Translations under genes and position numbers: made by a program
Part shown: positions 1 through 10,975 of the stretch, piece after piece
Numbering within the stretch: the first letter of the stretch is position 1
Layout: every line of letters begins with the position of its first letter
Notes under the pieces: model-generated
The model's input: the letters and a program-made list of their open reading frames with translations, nothing else
The model's database searches: none
What the model was told of the DNA's origin: nothing
NCBI RefSeq assembly: GCF_009834535.1
Contig: NC_045698.1
Span: 2,916,001 to 2,980,000, forward strand
DNA length: 64,000 nt
Direction of reading: 5' to 3'
DNA from: Camelus ferus
Taxonomy: Eukaryota

Positions 1-498
1 GTGTATCCTGGGATGTGTAAATCTCCGTGTTTTATCTTCCAGGTTTTTACCTTTCCTTTGCTATTTCCTTGCTGGGTTAAAATCCACATGAATATGAGCT
101 CCGGTGATTGATCTATGTGTAATACCTACACAGAGTAGCAATTAGTAAATAATCGATCATGACTCTCTTTGTACTTCCGTGATCAAATAGATGCTTGAGT
201 GTGTGTTACCACTGAGAATCCTGTTTCCTTGTTACTTTTCGAGGAAATGTTGATGGATTTCACATATCTCAGTCTGTACAAACTAATATCCTGAGATGGC
301 TAGTCTATTAGAAAATCTCTAACTAGTGATGTTTAGGATCTGACCTGATATGAATTAATAAGAATTCACACATTTTGAATCCAATGGAGTAAAATTATTA
401 AGAAAATGTTTTTGCTCATAAAGTTTGGTACCAATAATAGACATAAAGTAGATTGGAAAAAATAAGTGAAATTCAAAAATCCATGTCTCATAGAACAT

Positions 499-560
499 TT
501 TATTTGATACAGATATATTAAAGCTCTGCCTTTATTTTGCATCAAAGAAACCAGGTTAAT
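499..560 (-). other. Candidate terminal exon (last codon, TAA at 558-556, 3' UTR with two AATAAA) of an unannotated spliced transcript
   Basis: Minus strand: strong acceptor tgtatttgttttctgtttcag|ATTAACC at 561/560. AATAAA on minus at 536-531 and 504-499. Confidence 0.5.
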
Positions 561-713
561 CTGAAACAGAAAACAAATACAGACATTCTATAGACTTAGC
601 CATCTTCCCAGAGAAAATTAATATTTCAACACCTACTCATGCTCATTTTCTTAATAAGAAGAAAGCAACCCTTGCAGTCTGAAGACGGGTGCGCCCAGCG
701 CATGCCTCCTTAC

Positions 714-747
714 CGACTAGGCATCTGGGAAAGGGGAGACGGGGATG
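714..747 (-). CDS. Candidate 34-nt internal exon (HPRLPFPRCLV)
   Basis: Acceptor cttaatctttctgtcttcccctttcttggttgcctgcag| with branch-like CTTAAT, and donor GTCG|gtaagg. Phase 0 in and phase 1 out fit the neighbouring exons. Confidence 0.45.
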
Positions 748-1670
748 CTGCAGGCAACCAAGAAAGGGGAAGACAGAAAGATTAAGAAGGCCTTAAAATC
801 CTTAAAATCCACCTCAAGGAAGATGTATCAGAGCCCGGGTCACTGTCTTTTCGCTTCCCTTTATAATTACCCTTTCCTTCTGAGCATCTTCTGCTCTGAA
901 ACAAATGGCCCTTGTTCCATGAAATTTATATGAGTTTTACAGCAAGAAATGGCCTCTGACAGGGTTGTTTTGACCCACCCATGCCCAGCCCTGATCAGTC
1001 TGCGTCCAGCGACATGAGGGGGCTACCAGCATCATCCACAGCCCTGTGGAGGAGCTCATGAATAATTCACACCAGGAGATATCTTTTTTCCCAATGATCA
1101 CAGTGGCTTTATTTTGCTAAATAAATAATCATTATTTTAGAATAATTACACTGTTTGGATGTTTTTCATGTGTAAACTATTGGATAAATTAACTCCTACT
1201 ATATTCATGCACAGTCCCTGTTTTAAATCAAACCACAAATGGAATGTCAGATTTAAAAAAAAATGATTATGAGTCAACATAAAAGCGTGAAGCTGTATTG
1301 CATTCATAATTTTAAATCCTTCTTCTAACAATATGTTGGCCTGTGGTTTTGGTAAAAGATGTAGAGAGAATTGCAGATAAAGTGAGAAATTTTCCAGAAT
1401 AAAAACTCCTGTAGAAAACATATTAGAAACATATCTCTCCACTGTAAGAGGGTTTTTTATTTGTTTGTAGCCATATTTTTCTGCCTTAAGTAATATTGAT
1501 AATCCTTGCACCTAATTTAACTTTATTATTCTTTGGCAAACCACCATCCATACACCGTTACGATTAAATCCAAATAAAATATTGAGCTTATTTTACAAAA
1601 TGTATGATTGTAAGCGTGGTTCTGGCACAGACCCACAGTAACCCCAGCAAATAATTAAAACCTTATTTAC

Positions 1671-1809
1671 CTCGTTTTCTGTATCCAATTTGTCTACAGG
1701 TACTTTTGTTATCCCAGAAAGAGCTGGTGATTCATGATCAGCTTTATTTGAGATCTCCTGAACTTTCAGTAGGGAACTCCTTTTTTTCCTGTGTTCTATT
1801 CTTTGATTT
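1671..1809 (-). CDS. Candidate 139-nt internal exon (NQRIEHRKKRSSLLKVQEISNKADHESPALSGITKVPVDKLDTENE)
   Basis: Acceptor tgaatgtttgtgttttaaaag|, donor GAG|gtaaat. Open frame is part of ORF 1593..1823. Phase 2 in, phase 0 out. Confidence 0.45.
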
Positions 1810-2149
1810 CTTTTAAAACACAAACATTCAAGGTGTTAAAATATATATGAATTACCAAGGACCTCCACAAAGAGAATGCAGTATGTTCTTCACAGAGACC
1901 CAAAAGTATTTAGTGCGCTTTGAGGTCTAAATAAACATACCAGGCAAAAAAAAAAAAAAATACAAGCAAATAAATAAAGTATCCAGGTAGATCTTGATAT
2001 TCAAGTAATCATTTCAGTGGTGGATCTTACTTTATTTACGAAATTTCAGACTTTATTTTTAGTTGCTAATGCTGAGCTGTCTTCTGCTGGAGTCAGTTCC
2101 TCTCAGCAGGCACAGAGGTATATGTCTTCTGAGGTTCCCAGAAGCTTAA

Positions 2150-2760
2150 CCCCATGTTCCCAGAAGGACCCCAACGTAGATGCTGGTCACCCCCAGTGCT
2201 CCCCATCCTCGGAAATGGCACTACCATTCACCCAAGGACTCAGGCAAAAACCTAGGATTCCTTTGTTCATCGCTCTCCCTCATCTCTTAGCTTTGGAGCC
2301 CTCAGGATGTCACCCCTACTGTTAAGGTGTATCCTGGGGTGACCGCTGCTTTCCTTTTCCACTGCTGAGTCCTCATAGGAGCCGCCATCCCCTCCCATCA
2401 GAGCAGGTCAAGGGCCAACCAGCCTTCCTGCTCCTGCCTTTGACCATTCTTGATCACCATCTCTTCAAAAGAGAAATTGTGTATTTGAATTGTACGTGCT
2501 TCAAACTCCAATGGATTTCTCTGCCATTAATCTGAGTCTGAACTCTTTAGCCAGCCCTGTCTACGACACGCTGGTCCCTGGACCACCTTTGACTGTCTTC
2601 TTTTGCTCTCTTTGCCCACTCAGCTGCATCCTCACCCTCACGGACTGGCCTTTCCATCTTGCCTTCAGTGGCCCTTACTCTTGCTGTTCCCTGCATCTGC
2701 AGAGCTGATCCTTCAAGTGTGAGACTTCCTGCTGCTCACATGTCAAGATTCTGAGATTAT
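2150..2760 (+). mobile_element. LINE-2 fragments
   Basis: atggcactaccattcacccaagg...caaaaacctagg resembles the L2 3' region consensus; highly degenerate. Confidence 0.6.
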
Positions 2761-3199
2761 ATATATATTTCTTAGACAAGTCCTTGAGCTCTCCTCAATA
2801 TCATTCTCAGAAGAAACCACGGGGTTTGAGAGCTGATTTTCAGAATTTTCTTGTATATTCATATACAAATGTATGTGTTGATGTAAAGACAGAGATTTAT
2901 TTTTTTTTTAACTCAATAATTACAGTTTTACAGAATCTTTGATAACTTACTTTTTCCATGGAGGAGATTGTCTTGGCTAGCTTTTCACCTTGGCATGTAT
3001 ACTTCTCTCTCTCTCTTTTCTTTTTTTTTTCACTTGCTTAATTGTATTTTCATGGTTTTCTTTTCTGTTTTTGTTTAAGCTACTTTTTTTGTTTGTTTGT
3101 TTAAAGGAATTACTGCTGATGGGTGGGGAATGAGAGTTGAGGGCAATGGATGAATCCAAGACAACTGATAGATTCATCCCTTGTGAAACAGTCTGCTGC

Positions 3200-3430
3200 A
3201 TCTTCCTTCTTCAGAGGTCATCCTTGTACAAACTCTTCTTGTATGCAGACAGCGGTGCCCTATGAATATATCAACATACAGATTGCTGCATCCTAAGATA
3301 TACAGATTTTTATTAAGTATACTGCCAACTTCACCTCCAAAAAAACTGAGTCTGTCTACACTGTTACCAACAAAGGATGAGACCCTCTGCCTGACTCTAT
3401 ACATTGACGTTTAAAACTGTAGCCAATTTC
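3200..3430 (-). mobile_element. Old L1 (L1ME-like) fragment
   Basis: agattgctgcatcctaag...actgccaacttcacctccaaaaa...accaacaaaggatgaga resembles the antisense of the L1 ORF2 3' end. Confidence 0.5.
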
Positions 3431-3595
3431 ATGGAGTGCATGGCCCTTTCATACAATTTCATGAACCCAAATAAAAAGCTTGTATCCTAAATGTCATTCC
3501 CAACATGAAGTTATCAATTTAATAATTTAGGTAACTGCCCAAGAAGAAAGAACCATGTAGTTTCTGCTCCTTTAAAAGTATTTCAGAACAACTAC

Positions 3596-3684
3596 CCACG
3601 AAGAGGCCGGCATGAGCTATGAGGACCGCTGATGCTGGAGACGCTACCCTGGGTCACAGTGTTCTTCATCCTCTTTGAGTCTGC
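3596..3684 (-). CDS. Candidate 89-nt exon (ADSKRMKNTVTQGSVSSISGPHSSCRPLR); boundaries uncertain
   Basis: Acceptor actgactcgtttgtcaaag| with CTGAC branch-like motif, weak donor TGG|gtagtt. Alternatives exist: acceptor at 3853, donors at 3600, 3648 and 3818. Confidence 0.3.
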
Positions 3685-3727
3685 CTTTGACAAACGAGTC
3701 AGTTTTTTTAATAAAGCTCCTGTATTT

Positions 3728-3756
<29 letters not shown>
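3728..3756. repeat. (TTG)9 / (CAA)9 microsatellite
   Basis: Read directly from the sequence. Confidence 0.95.
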
Positions 3757-3759
<3 letters not shown>

Positions 3760-3992
3760 ATGCCACTGAAGCCCGCGTTCCACTGTGTGATCCATCCAGT
3801 GCTTGGTTTGTATTTACCACAAGAGTTTCCATCCCCTGTGGTTTTGATCAGATCTTAAAATACAGATTATTGATCACTGAGCGCATCGGGGCCGTTCTTC
3901 CCCTCTTTATTCTCCTTTTAACTTGATTTCTATAAGGTCTCTCTATCGCTTTAAGGCTTTTGAAACTCCACGCATGAAGATTCATCACTTAC

Positions 3993-4101
3993 AGTAAATG
4001 TGGCGAATACAATCCCATCTGAACACAAAGCTGGAGCGGCGCCCTCGGGAGTCGCAGCCGTGGCGGCCCGGCTGCGCGAAGCTCTCCGGGGGGGCATAAA
4101 A
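3993..4101 (-). CDS. Candidate 109-nt exon (FMPPRRASRSRAATAATPEGAAPALCSDGIVFATFT in the proposed frame)
   Basis: Consensus donor ACT|gtaagt at 3993/3992, acceptor gtgtcttccgtgcag| at 4102/4101. All three frames are open, so the frame is inferred. Confidence 0.35.
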
Positions 4102-4810
4102 CTGCACGGAAGACACTTTCTCAAAGTCAGTGTCTGGAGAAGAGTTTTGTTTTATTTTTCCCCTAAATGTAACCCAATCGGAATAGTCAGAGTTGAGACA
4201 TCGCTCCTTTAAAACCACGTCTGTGCGGCCGAGACGCGGAGCGCTGGCGCTGGCGCTGGCGCTGGCGGCGAGCTCCCCGGGACCCCAGGCCGGGCTGGAC
4301 CGCGGGGGCCGCCGCTGCCCCGGGAGGCGCGGGGGCGCTGCAGCCGCGCGCGCTTCTCGTGAACGTCCCGCGGGGCGCGGGGCGCGGGGGCGGCGGGGCG
4401 GGGAGGCCGCCGGCCTGTCGGGAAGAGGGCGACCTTGTGGGGAGGCGAGAGGTGCCCCCCCGCTGCGCAGCCAGACCTCCGGCTTGGGGCTGGCCTGTCA
4501 GGACAAGCAGACGGTCTCCTAGGCCCCTCCTGTGTCACACACTTCATTTCTGTCATTTGGAGGAAGAATCCAGATAACGTTAATGGAAAGTACAAGATCA
4601 GCGGTCTTTACCTCACGCGTCTCTGAAGAATGCCTGATAAACAGCAGAGAATCAACAGCTGGCGCATCGGTGCGCAGCATCGAGAGGGACGCAGGGTCCC
4701 AGCTTTGGCGCTGTTAACCTCTGGGGCAGAGCGACGCTCTGCCGTGAGCCCTGCGCTCCCTGCTGCAGACTGTTAACCTCTGCACAGAAGACGGCAGTGG
4801 CGCTGGTAAC
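4030..4810. promoter_or_regulatory. CpG island / probable promoter with GC boxes
   Basis: Very high GC and CpG density at 4030-4520 with a CpG-rich tail to about 4810. GGGCGG boxes at 4385-4403 and a (GCGCTG)4 tract at 4241-4264. Confidence 0.8.
4612..4667 (-). CDS. Candidate first coding exon (MRQLLILCCLSGILQRRV)
   Basis: ATG at 4667 (weak Kozak context), donor GAG|gtaaag at 4612/4611. Phase 2 joins the 4101 exon in frame. Confidence 0.25.
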
Positions 4811-4873
4811 TGAGACAAACAAGCGTGTCTCCAAACACGGCCAGATGTCTCCGGGCTGAGGGTTGAAACTACT
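4800..4873. mobile_element. MER20-like hAT-Charlie end fragment
   Basis: gtgtctccaaacacggccagatgtctcc...ggttgaaactact resembles the MER20 terminus. Confidence 0.45.
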
Positions 4874-6724
4874 TTTTATTGAAACCCATTGATGTAGACG
4901 GTTAACTTCATGATTAACTAACCTCTGCTCTGAAGTCAGAGCAAGAACCATCACATTCCAAAAAGTGCTGGTGGAAGAATTTCTCAAGAACTTCAAGAAA
5001 TGCATGAAATTGTACTTTGAAAATACATTGTGCTTTGGTTCTACAGAAAGCTCGATCGTGTGGTCCATTTTCTCAATTTCTTAGCGTTACAGTGACTGGA
5101 TTTAATGTGGGTGTCCCACCTAGGTTCTGGATAAAACAGGTGCTTAGCTTAGGGGCTCAGTAAGTACAACATTATCCCCCAGATCATCTCTAAGTAAACT
5201 GTACAGCTGTCAGAAAAAAACAAAAAGGTGTCAGGAAATCCTAAAAAAAAAACTAAGATTTTTAAACCACACTCTTGACTTGTATTTTTTAAGTCGCGAT
5301 TGTTAGTTCCTGGAGCCCGTGACTGCCCTGAGTCGCAGGGGCTCACTGTGCCTGCTTGCGACGGTAGACGGCCACCTCCCAGTAACACGGTTTCTGCTCT
5401 TTTTCCCCCGTTGCTTATTATTTTAGTTTCTGTTCTTTTAACATAAACCTAATGGTAATATTACATGACTGTTATTTTAGAATCATTGTATCCACAAACT
5501 TTTAGAGTAATTTTCTCTATCACAAATATGACAAGCAACTCTTAAGACCTACAGAAACCAGCATTACAGGGAGATAAAAAGAAACACTCATTATAAAGGG
5601 GAAAAAAGTTTAAAAAAAGAAAAATTGTGTTAAGACTGAAAAATGGAAGTCCTGGGTAACAGGGGAATGTATGCGGTCAATCTCCCTGCCAAGGAAGGGT
5701 TCAGGATTCACAGGAAAATAAGGAGTCATTGTTCATTTCTCGCACAATATGGTTCGTTCTGTTCCTTAAAACAAAAGCATTTCAAATTCATTCGTAAAAA
5801 CATTCACAGAAAGAAAACTCTGAATGTTGTTTTTGGAATAAGAAAGACGATCCCCTCGGGCTCATTAAATCATCAGTGCTGGATTCAGTGCGTTCTTGTC
5901 ACCAGGATCGGAACACCTGACAAGCCAGTGTCAGGCTCAAGGTGTCCAGCCCGCGGGACAGAAAGAGACCCAGGTTTCCCCCTTCCTTTTCCTCCTCTCC
6001 TGCCCCTCCTCTGCCCCCACCTCTTTTTCTCTCCAGTTCTCATGGCTACATGGTGACCACTGTGTATTACATTTTTTTTTTTCCTGTGTAAAAACTGTGC
6101 TTCACTTAACTTAAGAAAGTGCATCAAAGCCCCTCTTACAGCCTGGTCGTATGAGCCGGTGGGAGTCAGTGGGGTCCATCCTTCACTCCCCTTCAAGCAC
6201 GTGGACACAAGGATGCAGCCAGTGTGAGGGGCACAGGTGGCCAGCGGGGACGGCTGTGGCTGGCTCCTCACTCTTACAGGGCCTAGACGGATACCGTCTT
6301 TATGTCTCAGCAGTTCATTTGTTTTCTTACCCATAAATTGGTATAGAATAGTCGTTACCTTCCACAGCCAGTGCGAAATTTAATTTATATGTTTGTAAGG
6401 ACGAAGGCAAGGATCTATGCTGCTATCATCAGAATCACATATTTCACTGTTTACTTTTTGGCAAGTGTCATGTAAGTCATTACAGAAAGGTATTATGGTT
6501 TCCATTTTTAAAAGCTGATAAAGCAAAACATTAAAGGGATTTATTTTATCAGTGTCATGCTGACATAATATTTTTAAATAATAACATCATACAAATAAAT
6601 GCTGCGCTAACACATTTTTTAAAAAACTAAGCAAATCGATTATCTACTTAAAATTTAATTTTTATGATATAATTCAGCTTCAGATGATTTTCCAAAGTTC
6701 CTAGTGTTACAGTTACAAAGAAGG

Positions 6725-6935
6725 CAAATTCTGGAGCCCAACGGCTTGCATTCAAAGTCTGTCTCCAGTGTTTACCAGCCCATAACCCATCTCTCCACGC
6801 CTCAGTTTCCTCACCTCCCAATTGGTAATAAGGGTAGTAAATACTTCATATAGTTGCTGTGAGAATTAAATGAGTTGATCTGTCTAAGGCGTCTGGGCTA
6901 CTGTTTGACACACAGACACTCAACACATGTGAGCT
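6725..6935 (+). mobile_element. MIR SINE
   Basis: Core gcctcagtttcctcacct...gttgctgtgagaattaaatgag. Confidence 0.8.
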
Positions 6936-9900
6936 CTGACTTTTTAAATGAAATTGCTCCTGGATTTGCCACACAGGAACAAGAGAGAGAGCGTGGCCAT
7001 GACATCCTGGGACGCTGGTGTCTTCATCAGCCGTAACTCGTACACGTCTGAGTGTCTGCTGTATGCAGCCAGCCCTGAGCAAGCCACATGTTTATTTCCA
7101 AATCTTTAAACCTAAGAAGAAGTCAGAGAACCGATGGCACCAGCACCTGGGTCTTTCCGGCTCCATGCTGCTTCTACTTCTGAAACACCAATCTCTCCCT
7201 TTGCAATTCCCATGCTTCCAAAACCCCTCCTTCTAAGAAATAATTTGAAAAGTTGCTTAGAAACACCTAGCTCAACATTTGAATTGCCTTGCGTTTAGAA
7301 TCTGAAATTCAGTGAATTTATGGAGAAGCACACATGCAGGACATCATCACAATCACATTGCACAGGGGTGTTCCTCTTCCACACCACGAAGGAAAAAGGG
7401 CAGCTGAGAGCGGCCATCCCCGCGGTACCTCTGTGTCCATGACTGAGCAAACCTTTCACCCTGAGTGAATGAGTTGAGACAGACTCCGATACACGTTGCA
7501 GGAACAAAAATGATTTTACAGATAGCATAATGAACCTCCGCCTGTTGGTTTCATCTCCTCTGAGCCTTGCTTCTCTGCTACATCTCTTAGACAATAGCTT
7601 CACAGTTCCCATTTTATTTATTTTGATAAAGCACAAACGTTTTTTATTTTTTAAATTGATGGTTTAGCTGAGCTGTGACTTCCGGAATTCACTGACCTGC
7701 ACATAATCCAGGAATTTCTTTGTGTCCCTTGCTGTGACGGGAGGCTCCTGAGCTTTCTGGCCAGGTCTGCCCTCTGAGCCCAGGGGCAGGTGATTTTGCC
7801 CATGAGGTGGATAAATACTCTTCCCCTGTCTTCACAGGGGTTATGATGATAGGACCTCTATTCTTGCACAGTGTGACCTTCCAAACTGCAGATAAGTTCT
7901 TAACCTGGCAGGTGCATTAATCTCCTTGAACTCTGGACTGCAGCGAGGCAGTAAAAAATTTCTCCTCTGAGGGGTTGATGGAACCCTTACGTGTGGACGG
8001 TCTCCTCGGTGCCTAGGAGTCATTTTTTGAGAACCTTTTGATCTTTCTGCCATTAACACTCAGGACTCCCACTGCAACATAAGAGACAGGATTATAACAA
8101 TGAACAAAAGGTTACATGTGCCCAGAATATTTCATTTCAGAAAAAAAGGACAGAACCTTCTTGTGTTCTACACCCTCTTCTGCCATCTCATATTTTCTGT
8201 TTTCATTATAAATTAAATCACTTTATTGTTCATCTTATTTTTCCTGCTACAGATGTTGGACAGTTAAATTCTAGTGCCTGTGAGTGTTCAAAGGTTGAGT
8301 ATGACAAAGTTTTTAAGGTTTTCTGACCACATTCTTTTTGTTGCCTTCTATTCATGACAAACATTAATATAACCCAGAATCTGTCAAAAATAATATAACT
8401 TCACAAAGCACATTTCCAATTAGTGTTGACTATGACCTCGATAGTCACCATTATCCAATGAATAATCAAATGGACTGGAATGTGATGGGCAGAAGTGTTC
8501 ATTTTTTTCAGACTTCATCTTGGAAAAGAGTTGGGCTGTTTTCTGTCCTTTATTGACTCCCAGACAATTCGACTCATAGATGAGTCACGATTCGGGGGAT
8601 CAGAGTCACAGCAGACAGGGGCTGTAGACTCCACACCGCGATCCTGGGCAGCAGTGCACGTCACAGGAGAGGAGAGCGGACACGTAGCTCTGAATTTCCA
8701 CTCTTAGAAAAGTTGTATGAAACGATTGTCAGGGAAGTTTGTGCAATAGGAAGTGTGGGGGCTGGAAAGCGGAATATTTATTTGGATTAGATACCACACA
8801 TTTTTAACTTGCCTCAAGGAAAATTACATTGGAAAGAGAAGAAGATTTGGAACGGTTCCTTTCACAGATCTAAAGGATAACATTCATTCTTTTTTCAGCT
8901 AAAGAGTACAGAGAGAACATTCTTCCACCTTATTTATTTTTAATTGAAGACGCTGGACAAACACTTGCCAAATTATTCAAGTGAGAGCCGTAATTAGGCA
9001 AGGCGAGTGGGGAGAGGAAAGCGGTTAAGTGCCAACAATGAAGCATCTATTTGTGGATATTACCACGCATAATGAAAGCAAAACAGTTGTAGCTGTGTAT
9101 TAAATTTTGAGTATCGTTCCTAATAATACTCTCCATGTGTGAAGCAGTTGGCAGGAAGTTTCAACATAAGGACAAGTTCATGATGGCGAGATAGTTAAGA
9201 AACTAGTGAAAATAATTAAGGATTAAATAAGTAAAAGAACTAAATATGAACCAAAAAAAAAAAATCACAGGCTACAAGACTTTGTAGCACAAAGTGAAGT
9301 GGTTCTGGCCCGAATTATATTCTTTAAATTGCTTTCAAAAATGCTGACTGCACAATTGTCAGAGAGCTCCTTTGCAGACAAAGCCAGATTTTTTTTAATC
9401 TTTAGTATGCCCAATGAAAAGAGATGAGTGAAAAACCAATGTTTTATTGTTCAAGGAGATACAGACTCCTAGGCTTAATATGCTAAAAATGATTACTTCT
9501 GAACTTCACATAGTGAAGATGCCACAGTCTTTTCAAATACAAGTGGGGTTTGTATGCCTTCCCCAAATCCTAACTGAAATATGAGCTCATGGAAGTGTCC
9601 CCTAGGTATGCGCATTGGGTGTTTGCTACTGAATTCCTGTCACAACAGTCTGTTGGCCAATTCACGCATTCAGAGGAAAGTTCGCTCAAGACAAGAAGTT
9701 TACTGTACTCAAGAAAAACAATGGCATTTTATGGGACTGATCCACAGTAAGGACTGTATTTCTTGTTGGTAGAAGCGAACCCTTCACAAGATAAGAGCAC
9801 AAGAATCCTTTAGAAACTTTGAAAATGTGTATCTGTTCTAAAGTCCTTGCAGGAATTTTCACACCAGCTCCTAGAGCTTCCTCGTAACCACGCGAATGCA

Positions 9901-10829
9901 AGGTCACATCGGACCTCTGAGAAGGCCTGAGTTTCCATCATGGACAACGTGACTGTGGAAAGAGAAGGGTGGAAAAGCAACATGGGAATTGAACAATCAC
10001 ATAAGCATCTGAAGAATCAGAATAGACCACTGCCCACGTAGGATGGCAAATACGTTGCCAGCTGCCTCTGCCTAGGGGGACGGGGCTATTTTCTTGTATT
10101 TTCTGAACCCTCTTGGAGAGTTAGGCCTCGTCTGTACAAAAGTGTTTGCCCCAAATTGATACTCTCTTCTCAGGTAAGTAGGAATAATCCAGGAAAGTTT
10201 GTTTGTTTCTTTGTTTTTTGCAAAAAAAAATTAAATAAAAATCTCCAGGTTCCCTTGTCAGATTTCATTTCATTTCTTCCAAATACATGACTGATTGTTT
10301 CAAAGGGTTTGGACAGACTTTGTAGGCAGTGCAAAGTCTGTCTCAGTTTGTGTGACAGTGAAGTCGGTCTCGGGGTCTCTTTCCAGGGCCCGCCCTTCAC
10401 CCTCCGTGGGGACGGAGCAGCAGCTTTGAAACATGCCTTAGACCTGTTATCATTCCCTTGTTTGAAACCCCCCGGAATGGCTTCTGTCACCCACTGTCCT
10501 CCCTGGAACAGCGAAGCCCACACAAGCTGGTCTCCGCTCAAAACCACGACGCACGGTGCGCCCTGTGTCCTAGCTCCCCGCTCACACACCAGCCTTCCTT
10601 CTGTCTCCGGACTGCAGGGCGCCTTTCCCAGCTCTCTGGATGGGGCTCTGGCTCTTCCTCAGAAATCTCCCTCCTGCTCATCCTTCTCCCCCACCCCATC
10701 TGTCCCCAAACCTCAGCTCACAAAGTTCCCGTCCTCCACAGGCCTTCCGTGACCACCCCGCAGGTGCAAACTACTCAGCTCCTCTCCGCAGGTTGACATT
10801 TACTCCTTCCCCTTTAGGCTGATGTCCCT

Positions 10830-10975
10830 TTATTGTTCATTGCCTTTCTCCTCCCCTAAAACATAAGGCCCACGAGAGCTCAGGCCTCTTCTGTCCTGTC
10901 CAGTGCAGTGGCCCCTGTATTTGGCACAGCGTCTCGAGCTCCGTTGGGGCTTGGAAAGCCTTTGATGAGTGGAAG
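10830..10975 (+). mobile_element. LINE-2 3' end
   Basis: aaacataaggcccacgagagc...tggcacag...tgatgagtggaagg pattern of L2 tails. Confidence 0.5.

Noticed and set aside
1146..1511. 121-aa minus-strand ORF as an extra exon of the candidate gene
   Set aside because: Non-ATG start, purine-rich sequence before the AG and no good donor.
4193..4595. ORFs with LALALALAA that resemble a signal peptide
   Set aside because: Produced by the (GCGCTG)4 tract in a GC-rich island; non-ATG start and no downstream plus-strand exons found.
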